Of a stretch of DNA of 64,000 nucleotides, positions 27,522 through 41,800 are shown piece by piece. Under the pieces are notes generated by a model. It searched no databases and was not told where the DNA came from. It worked only from the letters and a program-made list of their open reading frames with translations. A program made the translations under genes and the position numbers. Position 1 is the first letter of the stretch, and the number at the start of each line of letters is the position of its first letter. Source of the DNA: Eledone cirrhosa (taxonomy: Eukaryota); contig OZ024757.1 of assembly GCA_964016885.1 (NCBI GenBank), forward strand, positions 34,658,001-34,722,000, in the 5' to 3' direction.

Positions 27522-30500
27522 TGTGTGACGGACGGAAATCACTCAAATGTATATGTAGATTCTACTACAGTTAGCTGTAAACTTCATAAGTTGACCAAGA
27601 TACTCTCATGAAATGACCAAAAGAGGTTTATTTTTCAACATAGTCTCTGGAAAGAAACAATGCAGTAATTAATAAGAAATTAATGCATGCAAGATTTCAC
27701 AGCGCTAGCATCACTCCTTCATAGTCAGCCTGCCCTCGTATTGTGTCAAAGGCATGACAATCTCTCCTGAGCACTCAATTGAATATGGGACCATACATAT
27801 AAGAGACACAGGTCCCTAGACTACCTGGGAAATTAGTGGATCCATTTCAGTACTGACTTGGTCTGTATGGACCCATCTAACCCTTGCTAAGCGGACGTAA
27901 AATGATGATGATGATGATATATATCATATTTAAAATGCTGGAGAGAATAACAAATGAGGTTTATTTTTTAGCTTACCCTCGTAGATATTTCTGTTATTTA
28001 TTTAACCCTTTTCATGCCACCTGAAACAACCTTTTCAATCAAAACTATGTGTTTATCATCATCATCTGCATTTAGCATCCATTTTTCCATGCTGGCATGG
28101 GTTAGACAAGTTATCCTGTTGTGAGTAATGCCAAATCAGGTGTTCATGTCTTGCTTGTATAGAACCGATTTTGGCTTGGTTTCTACAGATGGATACCCTA
28201 CCTAGCGCCAACCTCATTTACAGTGAGTGCTGGGTACTTTTTGCCATGACGCCTACACGACCACTTTACAGTGTAGACTAGGTACTTTTTGCAGTGACAC
28301 CTACACAACCACTTTATAGTGGGGACTGCGTGCTTTTTGTTGATACCTACACAACCACTTTACAGTGTAGACTAGGTACTTTTTGCCCGACATCTACACA
28401 ACCACTTTATAGTGGGGACTAGGTACTTTTTGCCATGACGCCTAACCGACAACTTTACAGTGAGGACTAGGTACTTTTTGTTGACACCTCCACAACCACT
28501 TCACAGCGTGGACTGGGTACGTTTTGTTGACTCCTACACAACCACTTTACAGTGTAGACTAGGTACTTTTTGTTGACACCTACACAACCACTTTACAGTG
28601 GGGACTAGGTACTTTATGTTGACACCTACACAACCACTTTACAGTGGGGACTGCGTGCTTTTGCCCGACATCTACACGACCACTTTACACTGGGGGCTAT
28701 ATTTCCGTAAAAACCTTCTCTCATCATTTTAAGTAAGAACCTTTGTTAAGTTACATTCCAAACACCAGATTAATAATTGTTTCTACTTTAGACACAAGGC
28801 CAGCAATTTGATGGGGGGCGGGGTTCAATTAAATCGACCCCAGTGCATTACTGGTACTTTATTTTATCGACCTCATAAGGATGAAAAGCAAAGCTAACCT
28901 TGGTGGGATTTGAACTCAGACCATAAAGGGCCATAACTCTATGCTGCAAAGCATGGTGTCCGACGCCCTCAAATACCAGATTAATAATGAGAAAGTTAGT
29001 TATACTTATTACTAAATCCATCCAAATTCTTGATATTTTCAAAATTACAGACAATGTCTTTCCTTAGAAATATAGTAACAAAAATTTTAACCCTTTAGGA
29101 TTTAAACCGGCCGTAACTGGCACTCATACTGATGTTAAGGTACAATTCTCAAAATAAGCAAAACCAAAATCTCATAGATTCGATGTTATGTGAAATATTA
29201 TGTGAGGTAAAGCCTTTACTGTGAAAATCCAATAGTATATATAGAGTAATGTAAATGTTATGTGCGATATTATGTGAGGTAAAGCCTTTACTGTGAAAAT
29301 ACGATAGTATATATAGAGTAATGTAAATGTTATGTGAGATATTATGTGAGGTAAAGACCTTACTGTGAAAATCCAATAGTATATATAGAGTAATGTAAAT
29401 GTTATGTGCGATATTATGTGAGGTAAAGCCTTTACTGTGAAAATACAATAGTATATATAGAGTAATGTAAATGTTATGTGAGATATTATGTGAGGTAAAG
29501 CCTTTACTGTAAAAATACAATAGTATATATAGAGTAATGTAAATGTTGTGAGATATTATGTGAGGTAAAGCCTTTACTGTGAAAATCCAATAGTATATAT
29601 AGAGTAATGTAAATGTTATGTGAGATATTATGTGAGGTAAAGTCTTTACTGTGAAAATACAATAGTATATATAGAGTAATGTAAATGTTATGTGAGATAT
29701 TATGTGAGGTAAAGACCTTACTGTGAAAATACAATAGTATATATAGAGTAATGTAAATGTTATGTGAGATATTATGTGAGGTAAAGACCTTACTGTGAAA
29801 ATACAATAGTATATATAGAGTAATGTAAATGTTAAAAGGTTAAAGTGTTTATATTTATGTAAAAACCTCCCATCATAATTTTCCGTAAAATTCTTTAAGT
29901 TATGATCCAGTTTATGTAAGAACCTTTGTTAAGTTATGTTCCAATTAATGGACATGTTAATTAGTTAATTATAATAAGTGCATTAACTATTGCTGTTTGT
30001 ATTAACATATTTGATTGGTTTCTTACCTGAGCAGGTGAACCAGAAAATGTAGGGTACACCAAACAGGGAGCTTTCTGTCCCCAAAATTCAAAATTTTCAG
30101 CACAAATTTCAGGGTCATGTTCATCAAGGTTTGTTTGTTTCCTGACAACACCCCTGTAATACAAAACAGAGTAATGTAACTGGGCTTTATACTAAACTAG
30201 AATTTATTTCAACACACTGATGTGTGTGTGTGTGCATACATTTATATGTATGAGTATATAAATATAAACGGGCAAACACAGACACACTTAGAAAAATACA
30301 CACTAACAGACATACATTGGCACAAACACACACATACATTTACATAAACACACATATACTCACACACAGCGTAGCAAATGAAACGCCAGCCGTTGTTTTG
30401 CTATAGTTTTTTCACCATCACCTTCCTTCCTTTTACACACACATACATTCACACACACACACATATTGTGTGACAGACGGAAGTCCCTCAAATTTATATA

Positions 30501-32796
30501 TAGATATCTGGGTGGTGTGGTGTGTGTAGTTATTGCGGTGCGAAGTGTGGTAATTGTTTGGTATATGTGTGTGTGTAGTTATTCTGGTGTGTGTGTGGTA
30601 ATCGTTGTGTGGTGTATGTGTGTGTGTGCATAGCGATCATTGTGTAATCAGTAGGAGAGGCAGAGAGTGACCACGAGTAAGATGGTTGGATAACATCACT
30701 AAGTTCAGTTGATCTAACTTGGGAATCCAGCTTGATAATTTGGAGACCATTGCTTTTGGTGTGTCTGAGGGATCTACCATCACGACCCTCTCAGTAATAT
30801 GTGCGGGATGAGAAGGAGAAAACGTTTCTCCGAGAGACATATTGGTTCTTTGTTCATACTAGAGCATCCCATGGCATCACAAGAGTTAAAGACACACAAA
30901 CAAAAATCTATATCAAAGGTATATATTGAGTTAAGAACTCAAAATAGTCTCTTACAATAAAATAGCTCCAAGAAAGAGATATTTCCGAGCCATATAGTAT
31001 AATTGAATATAAAAGAAAAACGAACACAGATATATAGATATATGTGTTCAAATCGCAAGGGACCGGATTCGCTAAGTTGAAAAGAATACTAACTATAGAC
31101 AATAGGGTTTGCCTGTCTCAATTTAAGAATAAATCAAGAGAATAAATACAAACCGGAATTGTGGTAACTACCAATCACCCAGACAGCTTGGTGCTGTTTC
31201 GCAATGTTAATTGTGAATAGAATTACCAATTCTTGCTCATCAGTGGGTGATGAATTAGTATCCTAGACACTTCTAAGTTTATTAAGAAACTGAATAGCGT
31301 GCTATATATAATAACGCACTATATATAATAACAAAAATCTATTAATATTAACAAATAACAACAACTCACTGAAATCCATGAATAATTAATCCAAAGAAGA
31401 AGACAATATGTAAATGATGTGTGATCCAGAACACTTCAAAATAGGATCGTCTGAAATTAAGAGAACAAAAAAATAAAAAAGATTTAATGATCATCATTAG
31501 CATTATTAATATTATTATTATTTTTATTGCGCATCATTTTGTAATATGTGTGCAGTGCCTAGTAGTGCTATCTTTTGTATACTGTATATATTTGTAAGTC
31601 CTGTGGTACTCTATATAATATATATATACAGTGCCTAGTAGTGCTATCTTTTGTATATTGTATATATATTTGTAAGTCCTGTGGTACTCTATATAATGTA
31701 TATACAGTACCTAGTGGTGCTATCTTTTGTATGCTGTATATATTTGTAAGTCCTGTGGTACTCTATATAATATATATATACAGTACCTAGTAGTGCTATC
31801 TTTTGTATGCTGTATATATTTGTAAGTCCTGTGGTACTCTATATAATGTATATACAGTACCTAGTGGTGCTATCTTTTGTATGCTGTATATATTTGTAAG
31901 TCCTGTGGTACTCTATATAATATATATATACAGTACCTAGTAGTGCTATCTTTTGTATGCTGTATATATTTGTAAGTCCTGTGGTACTCTATATAATATA
32001 TATATATACAGTACCTAGTAGAGCTATCTTTAGTATACTGTATATATTTGTAAGTCCTGTGGTACTCTATATAATATATATATACAGTACCTAGTAGTGC
32101 TATCTTTTGTATGCTGTATATATTTGTAAGTCCTGTGGTACTCTATATAATATATATATACAGTACCTAGTAGAGCTATCTTTAGTATGCTGTATATATT
32201 TGTAAGTCCTGGGGTTTGGGTTATGTATTTATCTGTGTGTTTTTTTTATCATTCCTAGAGCACCTATTATTATAGATATTGTTTCTGTCTTCATTTTCCA
32301 CATTCAAGTTATTTCTATCTCCAGATCTTTATATTTGGAGAGTTTCTCTATTTCCTTGGAAGACATATTGTCATCTGTATGGATTGATACATCTATTAGA
32401 AGGCATTTTATTATTATTGTGGATTGGCAGTATCGGTAGAGGGTCAGATGCGATGCAACATGGAGTTATGGCCCTTTACAGTCTGAGTTCAAATCCATCC
32501 ACGGTTAACTTTACCTTTCTTTATTATGGGGTCGATAAAATAAAGTACCAGTAATACACTGGGATAATTGTTGGCCTTGTGCCAAAAGTAGAAACAATTA
32601 TTAATTTGCACAGTGATGATCTTATTAACACTGGAGCATATAATTGACTCCCTATCACGTTATATAACCTCAGATAGACAGTATTTTCCACAGGATATTT
32701 GCTGTTCCCGAAAGTGTTGTTTTCTGCAATGTCATAATGCTGGAACTGATTCCAACTGTATCGAGCTTTTTTGATGTTTTCTGTCACCAACCTAAT

Positions 32797-32891
<95 letters not shown>

Positions 32892-35800
32892 GAGAAGACC
32901 CTTCAGTTGTGTGAAAGACATGACAACCTCTCTAGCTTTAGTGATCTGTACATGGTGATAAGAAGCGCATCAGGAGGACTTTTCAACTGAGTCATAGATA
33001 TTTCAACCTTCCCAGTGCTGATGCCATGATAAAATGCACTCAATAAAGAGTGGAACTTCTTCTTCTTTCCGTATCTTCGAAGCATGTGGTCATATGACAG
33101 TTTCCCCATTTCTTTACACAGTCCTTTGCATTATTATTAAATTCTGCAAGATCTTTCAAGCTGCACTGGTTGGGTAGTAGAGGGCAAACAAGGCAGTGCT
33201 GCATCGTATAGCCCTCCTCTCCGCATTCGCAGATGGTTGGGCCCCGGTCTTGTAGCCCCATCTGGCCATAGCAGCTTTTGATTGCCCCATTCCTGTTCTC
33301 AGGCGGTTGAGTGTGAGTGTCTTCCACTGGACCCATGGTGCTCCTGAGCCAGGAGGTAGGGCTTCAGAAGGTGGGGGGGGGGTCCCCATGTCAATGGGAG
33401 GGGAGTCATTCTCTGGCTTTCTAGCCCATAGCTGTAGTCTGGTTTCTTCCTGAGGGTGGGACTGAATGTAAATGAGACACAGGCCCTCAGCTCATCTGAA
33501 AGATCAGTATCCGAGCTTGAGTACTTGGTTTGTGAAGACCTATCCATCCCTTACTAGAAGTGAAAGCACACATTAAATGGTATGGCTGACTAAATACACA
33601 TGTGCTTTTTCTCAAAATTGTTTTTTTCGTCCATTCCTCTTCTCATTCTATCTTTCTATTTTATTTTATATTTTTCATTTTACCTTTTAATGAAGGACTA
33701 GTGTCCGAAACAAAAACTCTTTTCCTAGTATATCAAGTGTTAAACTAATATATTCCTTCATTGTACTGTGTTGTTTGTTTTGTTCTTTCTATTTACTTTA
33801 TATATATGTATGTGTGTGTAAAAGTAAACAGAAATAACAAATAACAATACAATGAAAACATATATTAGTTTAACACTTGATATACTAGGAAAAAGAGTTT
33901 TGACGTTTTGGACACTAGTCCTTCATCAGAAAAGGTCATAGGTTTCATTTCTAGAATTGTTTGGAATCTAAGCAAACATAAATTACATAAAGAGAGAGGA
34001 AGGAGAGAGAGAGGGGTGGGGGGTATGGACTTACCTGATCAGGTGAGTTGATGAGGTAAACATGAGTATGAGGATGAAAGTGATTACAGCACCAGATGCT
34101 CCAGGTAACATGATGAACATTTCATAAATAGGATTCTAGAAATAATAATAATAATAATAATAATGATTTCATTTATTAGCCACAATGGCCGACATGTAGG
34201 GGACAATACAAAGACAGGGACAGTGGGGGTTTACAATAAGGTCAAGTAAAATTGCACAATAGTAAAACCAATTTAACAATGAAAAATATAATAATAAAAA
34301 GATCTTGCTTGATTATATATGTAGTTTGCAAGAGTGCAAGAAAAGGAGAAGAAAATGAATTGGTACCAGGATCTAAAGTGGAAATTGAAAAGAATTTGGG
34401 ACTGTCATGAAATCAAGGTCGTTACTGTTGTCATAAGAGCACAAGGTATTATCTCAAAGAGTTTCCAAGGCTGGCTAAAGAACATTAGCTCAGCCCTCTT
34501 TTATGGAATACTTCAAAAGACTACTGGGGAACAGCAAGGACCCTCCAATACATCCTGAATATCTGAGGCTGCTAGTAGCGGCTTAATGTTCATTTGGGGA
34601 AATTTTCCAGTTAAATAACATCAATGACTGAGATATCAAATTCATAATCATAATAATTCTTTCTGATTTAGGCACAATGCCAGCATATTTGAGGAGGGAG
34701 GAAGTCGATTAAATGAACCCTAGTATTTAACTGGTACTTTATGTTATAAAAGTGATGAAAAGCAAAGTTGACTTGAGTGGGGTTTGAACTCCGAACGTAA
34801 AAAGTTGTAACTAAATGTTACAAAGCATTCTGTCTGATATCCTAATCGTTCTGCCATTCCACCATATATAAGAAGAAAATATGATAAGGTCTGTATGTTA
34901 TCTTCACGGATCAATGGGCAAAAAATATAGATATCAGGTGTCTGATAAGACATACCAGCATGTCTGGGAAAGTGTCCTTGACAGTCAAAGTCTGATAAGA
35001 CATACCAGCATGTCTGGGAAAGTGTCCTTGACAGTCAAAGTCTGATAAGACATACCAGCATGTCTGGGAAAGTGTCCTTGACAGTCAAAGTCTGATAAGA
35101 CATACCAGCATGTCTGGGAAAGTGTCCTTGACAGTCAAAGTCTGATAAGACATACCAGCATGTCTGGGAAAGTGTCCTTGACAGTCAAAGTCTGATAAGA
35201 CATACCAGCATGTCTGGGAAAGTGTCCTTGACAGTCAAAGTCTGATAAGACATACCAGCATGTCTGGGAAAGTGTCCTTGACAGTCAAAGTCTGATAAGA
35301 CATACCAGCATGTCTGGGAAAGTGTCCTTGACAGTCAAAGTCTGATAAGACATACCAGCATGTCTGGGAAAGTGTCCTTGACAGTCAAAGTCTGATAAGA
35401 CATACCAGCATGTCCGGGAAAGTGTCCTTGACAGTCAAAGTCTGATAAGACATACCAGCATGTCTGGGAAAGTGTCCTTGACGGTCAAAGTCTGATAAGA
35501 CATACCAGCATGTCTGGGAAAGTGTCCTTGACGGTCAAAGTCTGATAAGACATACCAGCATGTCTGGGAAAGTGTCCTTGACGGTCAAAGTCTGATAAGA
35601 CATACCAGCGTGTCCTTGACGGTCAAAGTCTGATAAGACATACCAGCATGTCTGGGAAAGTGTCCTTGACGGTCAAAGTCTGATAAGACATACCAGCATG
35701 TCTGGGAAAGTGTCCTTGACAGTCAAAGTCTGATAAGACATACCAGCATGTCTGAGAAAGTGTCCTTGACGGTCAAAGTCTGATAAGACATACCAGCATG

Positions 35801-38800
35801 TCTGAGAAAGTGTCCTTGACGGTCAAAGTCTGATAAGACATACCAGCATGTCTGGGAAAGTGCCCTTGACAGTCAAAGTCTGATAAGACATACCAGCATG
35901 TCTGAGAAAGTGTCCTTGACAGTCAAAGTCTGATAAGACATACCAGCATGTCTGAGAAAGTGTCCTTGACAGTCAAAGTCTGATAAGACATACCAGCATG
36001 TCTGGGAAAGTGTCCTTGACAGTCAAAGTCTGATAAGACATACCAGCATGTCTGAGAAAGTGTCCTTGACACTCAAAGTCTGATAAGACATACCAGCATG
36101 TCTGGGAAAGTGTCCTTGACAGTCAAAGTCTGATAAGACATACCAGCATGTCTGAGAAAGTGTCCTTGACAGTCGAAGTCTGATAAGACATACCAGCATG
36201 TCTGAGAAAGTGTCCTTACAGTCAAACCTTGAGATTCTCTGGGACTTCACTATCCAAAAGGGCTGCAGACTTGGAGCAACCATCATCTTTCAACTATCCA
36301 CCATATTGTGTGAAATTTTAGGAGATTAGAAAGGATCTGCAGTAGCAAAATCTTGTTCACTAAATTTTTAATAAATCGATAATAATGGTTTCTGATTTAG
36401 GAACAAGGCCAACAATTTTGAAAGAGGGGAAAGTTGATTGAATTGACCGCAGTGTGTTACTGGTACTTTATTTTATTGACTGGATCGTGACCTTTGGCGC
36501 TATGCAGTAATACAGAAGACCCGCATTTTCTTACGTACAAAGTTAAACCTACAGTCAGTAGGCACCTCTTAACCCAATAAACACCCCACCCCACTACTCC
36601 ATCCTCCCACTTCCTCCCACGCCACCCTTTCTCTGTAAAGTTATGTTGGTACCACAAAACATCCAGTCCACACTAAAGAGGTTGTGTCGGTGTCAGGACA
36701 AAAGGAAAAACACCCAGTCCACACTGTAAATGTGGTTGGCGTTAGGAAGGGCATCCAGCCGTAGTAAACCTGCCAGATACAGTCCTATATGTGCGAGACA
36801 CGGTCACCCAATCAGTCTTACCTCAAGTGCGACAATTCCCGTTTAACCCATGCTAGTGTGAAAGATAGACGTTAAACGATGATGATCTTGTAAGAATGAA
36901 AGGCAGAGCTAAGCTCAGTGGGATTTGAACACAGAACATAGTAAAAGGCCGAAACTCTATTCTGCAAAGCATGTCTGATGCTCTACTGAATACTGCCAAT
37001 AAATGGATAATAATCATTTCTGATTTAGGCATAAGGCCACCAATTTTGGGGAGGGGAAAGTCGATTAAATTGACCCCAGTGCATTATATCGACCCCAAAA
37101 GGATGAAAGGATAATAATTGTTTCTATTATTGGCACAAGGCCAGTAATTATCCCAGTGCATTACTGGTACTTTATTTTATCGACCCCCGTAAAGATGAAA
37201 GGCAAAGTTAACCTCAGCGGGATTTGAACTCAGAATAGCAAGGGCCGTAACTCTATGCGTCAAAGCACAGCATCCGACCCTCTACCGATATAAAACCATA
37301 TCAGAAGAAACTGTGGAGAAAAAGACCAAAAGACCAACACGTACTGAATGAGGAGTTCGTACTGGATTGAGATAGCCACCATTAGAGTTGTTCAAAGGGA
37401 GCTGACTCAGTGCAAATAAGAGATCTCGTTTCTCTGGGTCAGGATTGTCATGGCTCTCAACAAATCTTTCTAAGTTAAAACAATGGCTGACAACATGAAG
37501 GGCTGGAAATAAACAGAAGAAATAAATAAAGATTTCTAATGTAGGCACAAGGACAACAATTTGTGTGGAAGGAGAAAGTGAATTATATCAATCCCAGTAT
37601 GTTGCTGGTACTATATTTTATCAACCCCAGAAAGATGAAAAGCAAAGCTGGCTTCAACCAAATTTGAACTCAGAACATAAAGGCCTGTATACCTAAATGT
37701 TACAAAATATTTCATCTGGCACTCTAAAGCAGGGGTTCTCAAACTTTTTTTTTTACACATGGCACATCATCATCATCATCATCATGATCATCATTTTACA
37801 TCTGATGTTCCCTGCTTGCAAGGGTGGGATGGGTCCTCTTCAGCGCAGGATCTCTTCATTTGTCACGGCCCATCGTCATCTCCTCTGTGAGCTTTGGTGA
37901 TCTGAGGTCAGCTCTCACCACTTCCGCCCATGTTTTTCGTGGTCTTCCTTCCACTGGGATTTCTTGGCACTTCTTCACCCAGCAGTCATCTTCCATGCAC
38001 ATCACATGGCCATACCAATGCAGACTTCTTTCTCGCATACTGCAGTTTATCCTTCTTATACACAGTTTCACTCTCAACTCGTCTATGCTTGGTCATTCAC
38101 GCACATTGACATTGCACATCCATCGGAGCATGTTTGCTTCATTTCTCTCCAGCCATCACGTCCTCCTCAGTTGCTGCCCACGTCTCACTACCATGTAGCA
38201 TCGCGCATCTCACACAGGTATCATATAACCGACCTATCATTCATAGCAAGAAACCCTTCATTGTCAACAGAGGAAGCAGCTCCTTAAACTTCTTCCATCC
38301 TGTCCTTATTCTAGATACTATTGCCTCGGAGCATCCTCCTCCCTTGCCAATCTGATCACCTAGGTACCGGAAGCTATCAACCACCTCTACAGATCCTACC
38401 TGCATTTGAAAAATGTGCATATCACTGACACTTCTACTGTCAAATTTCCCTGAACATCTGCTACATGTGAAGTTTTCCTTTCCTGTTAGTTTGCCTGCTA
38501 TCCCACTACACCTCTTGTGTACCCAAGATCTGCATTGTGTACATTCTGCAGAGTTTATGCCAACTCCTTTTCTACATATCGAGCATGGCCATTTCCCTGA
38601 TGGAATCAGAGTTTTGTCCTCTTTCCTACTTATCTACACTTTAAGTCTATATATAAATTTTAGCGACTTCAGGCCATCACACAATGTGTGTGTAAAAGGA
38701 AGGAAAGAGATGGTGAAAAAACTACAGCAAAATAGCAGCTGGTGTCCCATTTGCTATGCTGTTTGTATATGTGTGTGTGTGTTTGTATATGTGTGTGTGT

Positions 38801-41800
38801 GTTTGTGTAAATGTGTGAGTTTGTGCATTTATATTTGTACACTCATACATATAAATGCATGCATATGCACATACACACTAGCACACACATATACACATAT
38901 GCATCAGCGCGTTAAAAAAAATTCTAGTTTTTTTTAAATTAAAAATATGCTGGCACATTTTATACCATCATCATCATCACTATTTGTAGTTGTAGAAATT
39001 TAAATCAGGTCTTACCTGTTTGAAAGCCAATCATATAGGCACATAGTTTATGATATAAAATGTTGTTGTCAACAGATCTTCGTATATTTTTACAGACCTA
39101 AATGAAACAGAACGAAAGCAGTTTGATTATAAGAGAGTAAATATTTGATAAAGTCAAGGTGAGCATACTGGTGCTATGACAAAAAAAATCACCCAGTTCA
39201 CCCTGTAAGTTGGGCATACTGATGTCATGACAAAAGCACCCAGTTCTTCCTGTAAAGTGGTTATACTGGTGCCATAACAAAAAGCACCCAGACCACCCTT
39301 TAGGGTGGATATACTGGTGCCATAACAAAAATCCCCCTTACCACCCTGAAAGATGGGCATACTGGTGCCATAATAAAAAGCACTTAGTCCACCCAGTAAA
39401 GTGGGTATACTGGTGCCATGACACTAGCACCCGTTCCACCCTTTAAGGTGGTCATACTGGTGCCATGACAAAAAAGTACCCAGTTCACCTAGTAAAGTGG
39501 GCATACTGGTGACATGACAAAAAAGTACCCAGTCCACCTAGTAAGGTGGGCATACTGGTGCCATGAAAAAAGCACCCTGTCCACCCTGTAAAGTGGGCAT
39601 ACTGGTGACATGACAAAAAAGTACCCAGTCCACCTAGTAAGGTGGGCATACTGGTGCCATGAAAAAAGCACCCTGTCCACCCTGTAAGGTGGGCATACTG
39701 GTGCCACGAACAAAATCACATTAGTTAGTTTGAAGACTGGAGAAAAGGTGGTGTGTTGGAATGGTAGTTGTGGTGATGTGTGTGGTGGTGGAACTGTGTG
39801 GGGGTGGTGATGTTGGTTGTTGTGTTTGGTGGTGGTGGTGGTAAAGTCTGTGTGTGGGGGTGGGTGGGGGGGGTGAAGAAAAGTTAAGACAATACTCACA
39901 AAGGATCCTCTCATTATGTTGAGAAAGTTGCGACAAATTGGAAATAGTACCAACATACAGTTGAGGTTTAGACAGGCAGCGCTTCCTCTTGCTACTGATA
40001 GACTGGGCTGTAATACAAAACAAAAACATCATCATCATCATTTTATGTCTGTTTTCCATGATGGCAGGGATTGGACAGCTCAGCTTTCCCTATTGACATG
40101 TAATATATATCCCTGTTAAAATATTAGATATATCCTTGTTAAAAATTAGATATATCCTTGTTAAAGTATTATATATACCCCTGTTAATATGTAATACATA
40201 TCCCGTTAAAATATTGGATATACACTTGTTAAAATGTGATACATACCCCTGTTAAAATATGATGTATATCCTTGTTAAAATGTGATATATATTCTTGTTA
40301 AATTATTATATATAGTCATGTAGTAGGCGCCACGGTAAAAAAGCACCCAGCACTCACTGTAAATGAGGTTGGTGTTAGGAAGGGCATCCAGCTGTAGAAA
40401 TCAAGCCCAAATCAGTTCTGTATTAGTAAAGACATGGTCACCTGACCTGGCATTGCCAACAACAGGACAACCTGTCTAACCCATGCTAGTGTAGAATGGA
40501 CATGGAAAGGTGATGATCATGATCCGTGTTAAAATGCGATATATACACAAGTTAAAATATGATGTATAACCTTGTTAAAGTGTAATACATACCTATTAAA
40601 ATATCATATATACCCTTGTTGATCTTCCCTCTCTGAAGCCGTTCAGTTACATCCTGATGCTGAGGAGGATATTAGAGGGAGCTCGAGCAAAGAGCCTTCC
40701 TGCTGTCATAGTTTTCATTGACTTTAGGAAGGCCTTTGATTCTGTGGACCGTCACTGCTTGATGAAGATCTTACAGGATAATGGAATCCCCAAGAAGCTA
40801 GTGGACCTGCTATCACTGCTCTACACCAACACCAAAGCCCAAGTAATGACTGATGGGATGATGGAGTTCTTTGAGGTACTGGCTGGAGTGCTCCAGGGAG
40901 ATACATTGGCTCCCTACCTTTTTATCATCGTAGTGGACTATTGTATGTGTCTTGTGCTGGAGGAACACCAAGACTCTGGCTTTACTGTAGCACTGGCTCA
41001 GAGCAGGAGAGTTAAGATGAAAAAGATATCAGATGCTGAATTTGCCGATGTCTTAGTTCTGGTGACAAACATAGTGAAGGAGGTTGAGACTGTGTCGATG
41101 AGTGTGGGGCTGAGAATGAATGAGACTAAGATGAAGTATCTGGTAGAGAATATTAAGAAGCCAGAGAAGATTACGAATGTAGGCAGGAAGCCCCTAGAAT
41201 TGGTTGAGGACTTCCTGTATCTGGGGGCAAAGATTGGGAATACGGAAGATGATGTGGTCGAGAGGAAGAACAAAGCCTGGGCGGCATGCCACAGCTTGAG
41301 ATCGGTGTGGAAGTCGGACCTTCGTAAAGACCTGAAAATCCGCCTCTTCATTGATGTAGTGGAGTCTGTGCTGCTGTACGGGTCTTTAGACTTGGACACT
41401 GACCAAGAAACTCACTCAGATGGTGGATGGGTGCTACACGAGAATGCTGAGGATGGCTCTGAACATTGATCAGTATACACTGAGGATGAAGACCTCAGAG
41501 CTGTACGGGAGCCTCCCAAAAGTCAGCTCGAGAGTAGCACAGAGGAGACTGAGGTTAGCTGGACATGCTCACCGACATCCAGAGTTGACACTGCACTCAG
41601 TGCTCCTGTGGGAGCCCCTGCATGGACACACTGGAAGAGGAAGACCGAGGTTAATGTATGTTGATGCCCTAAGGACAAACACTGGTCTGTTGGAGACGCA
41701 GGACATGGCAGCGATAATGAGGGACAGAGACCGCTGGAGAGAACTCATCCATGGATCTCGGGAATTTTACCCGCTCTCTGATATACCCTTGTTAAAATAT

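Noticed and set aside
32610-32790. Unique-looking open stretch in a NOX intron ([17 protein letters not shown]..) as an extra exon or nested gene
   Set aside because: E6 and E7 already join in frame without it, and I recognise no homology or convincing splice pair.
34940-36225. CRISPR-like regular array
   Set aside because: Head-to-tail identical units with no unique spacers, no cas genes and a eukaryotic context; the same holds for the 23-, 35-, 37-, 72- and 76-bp arrays.
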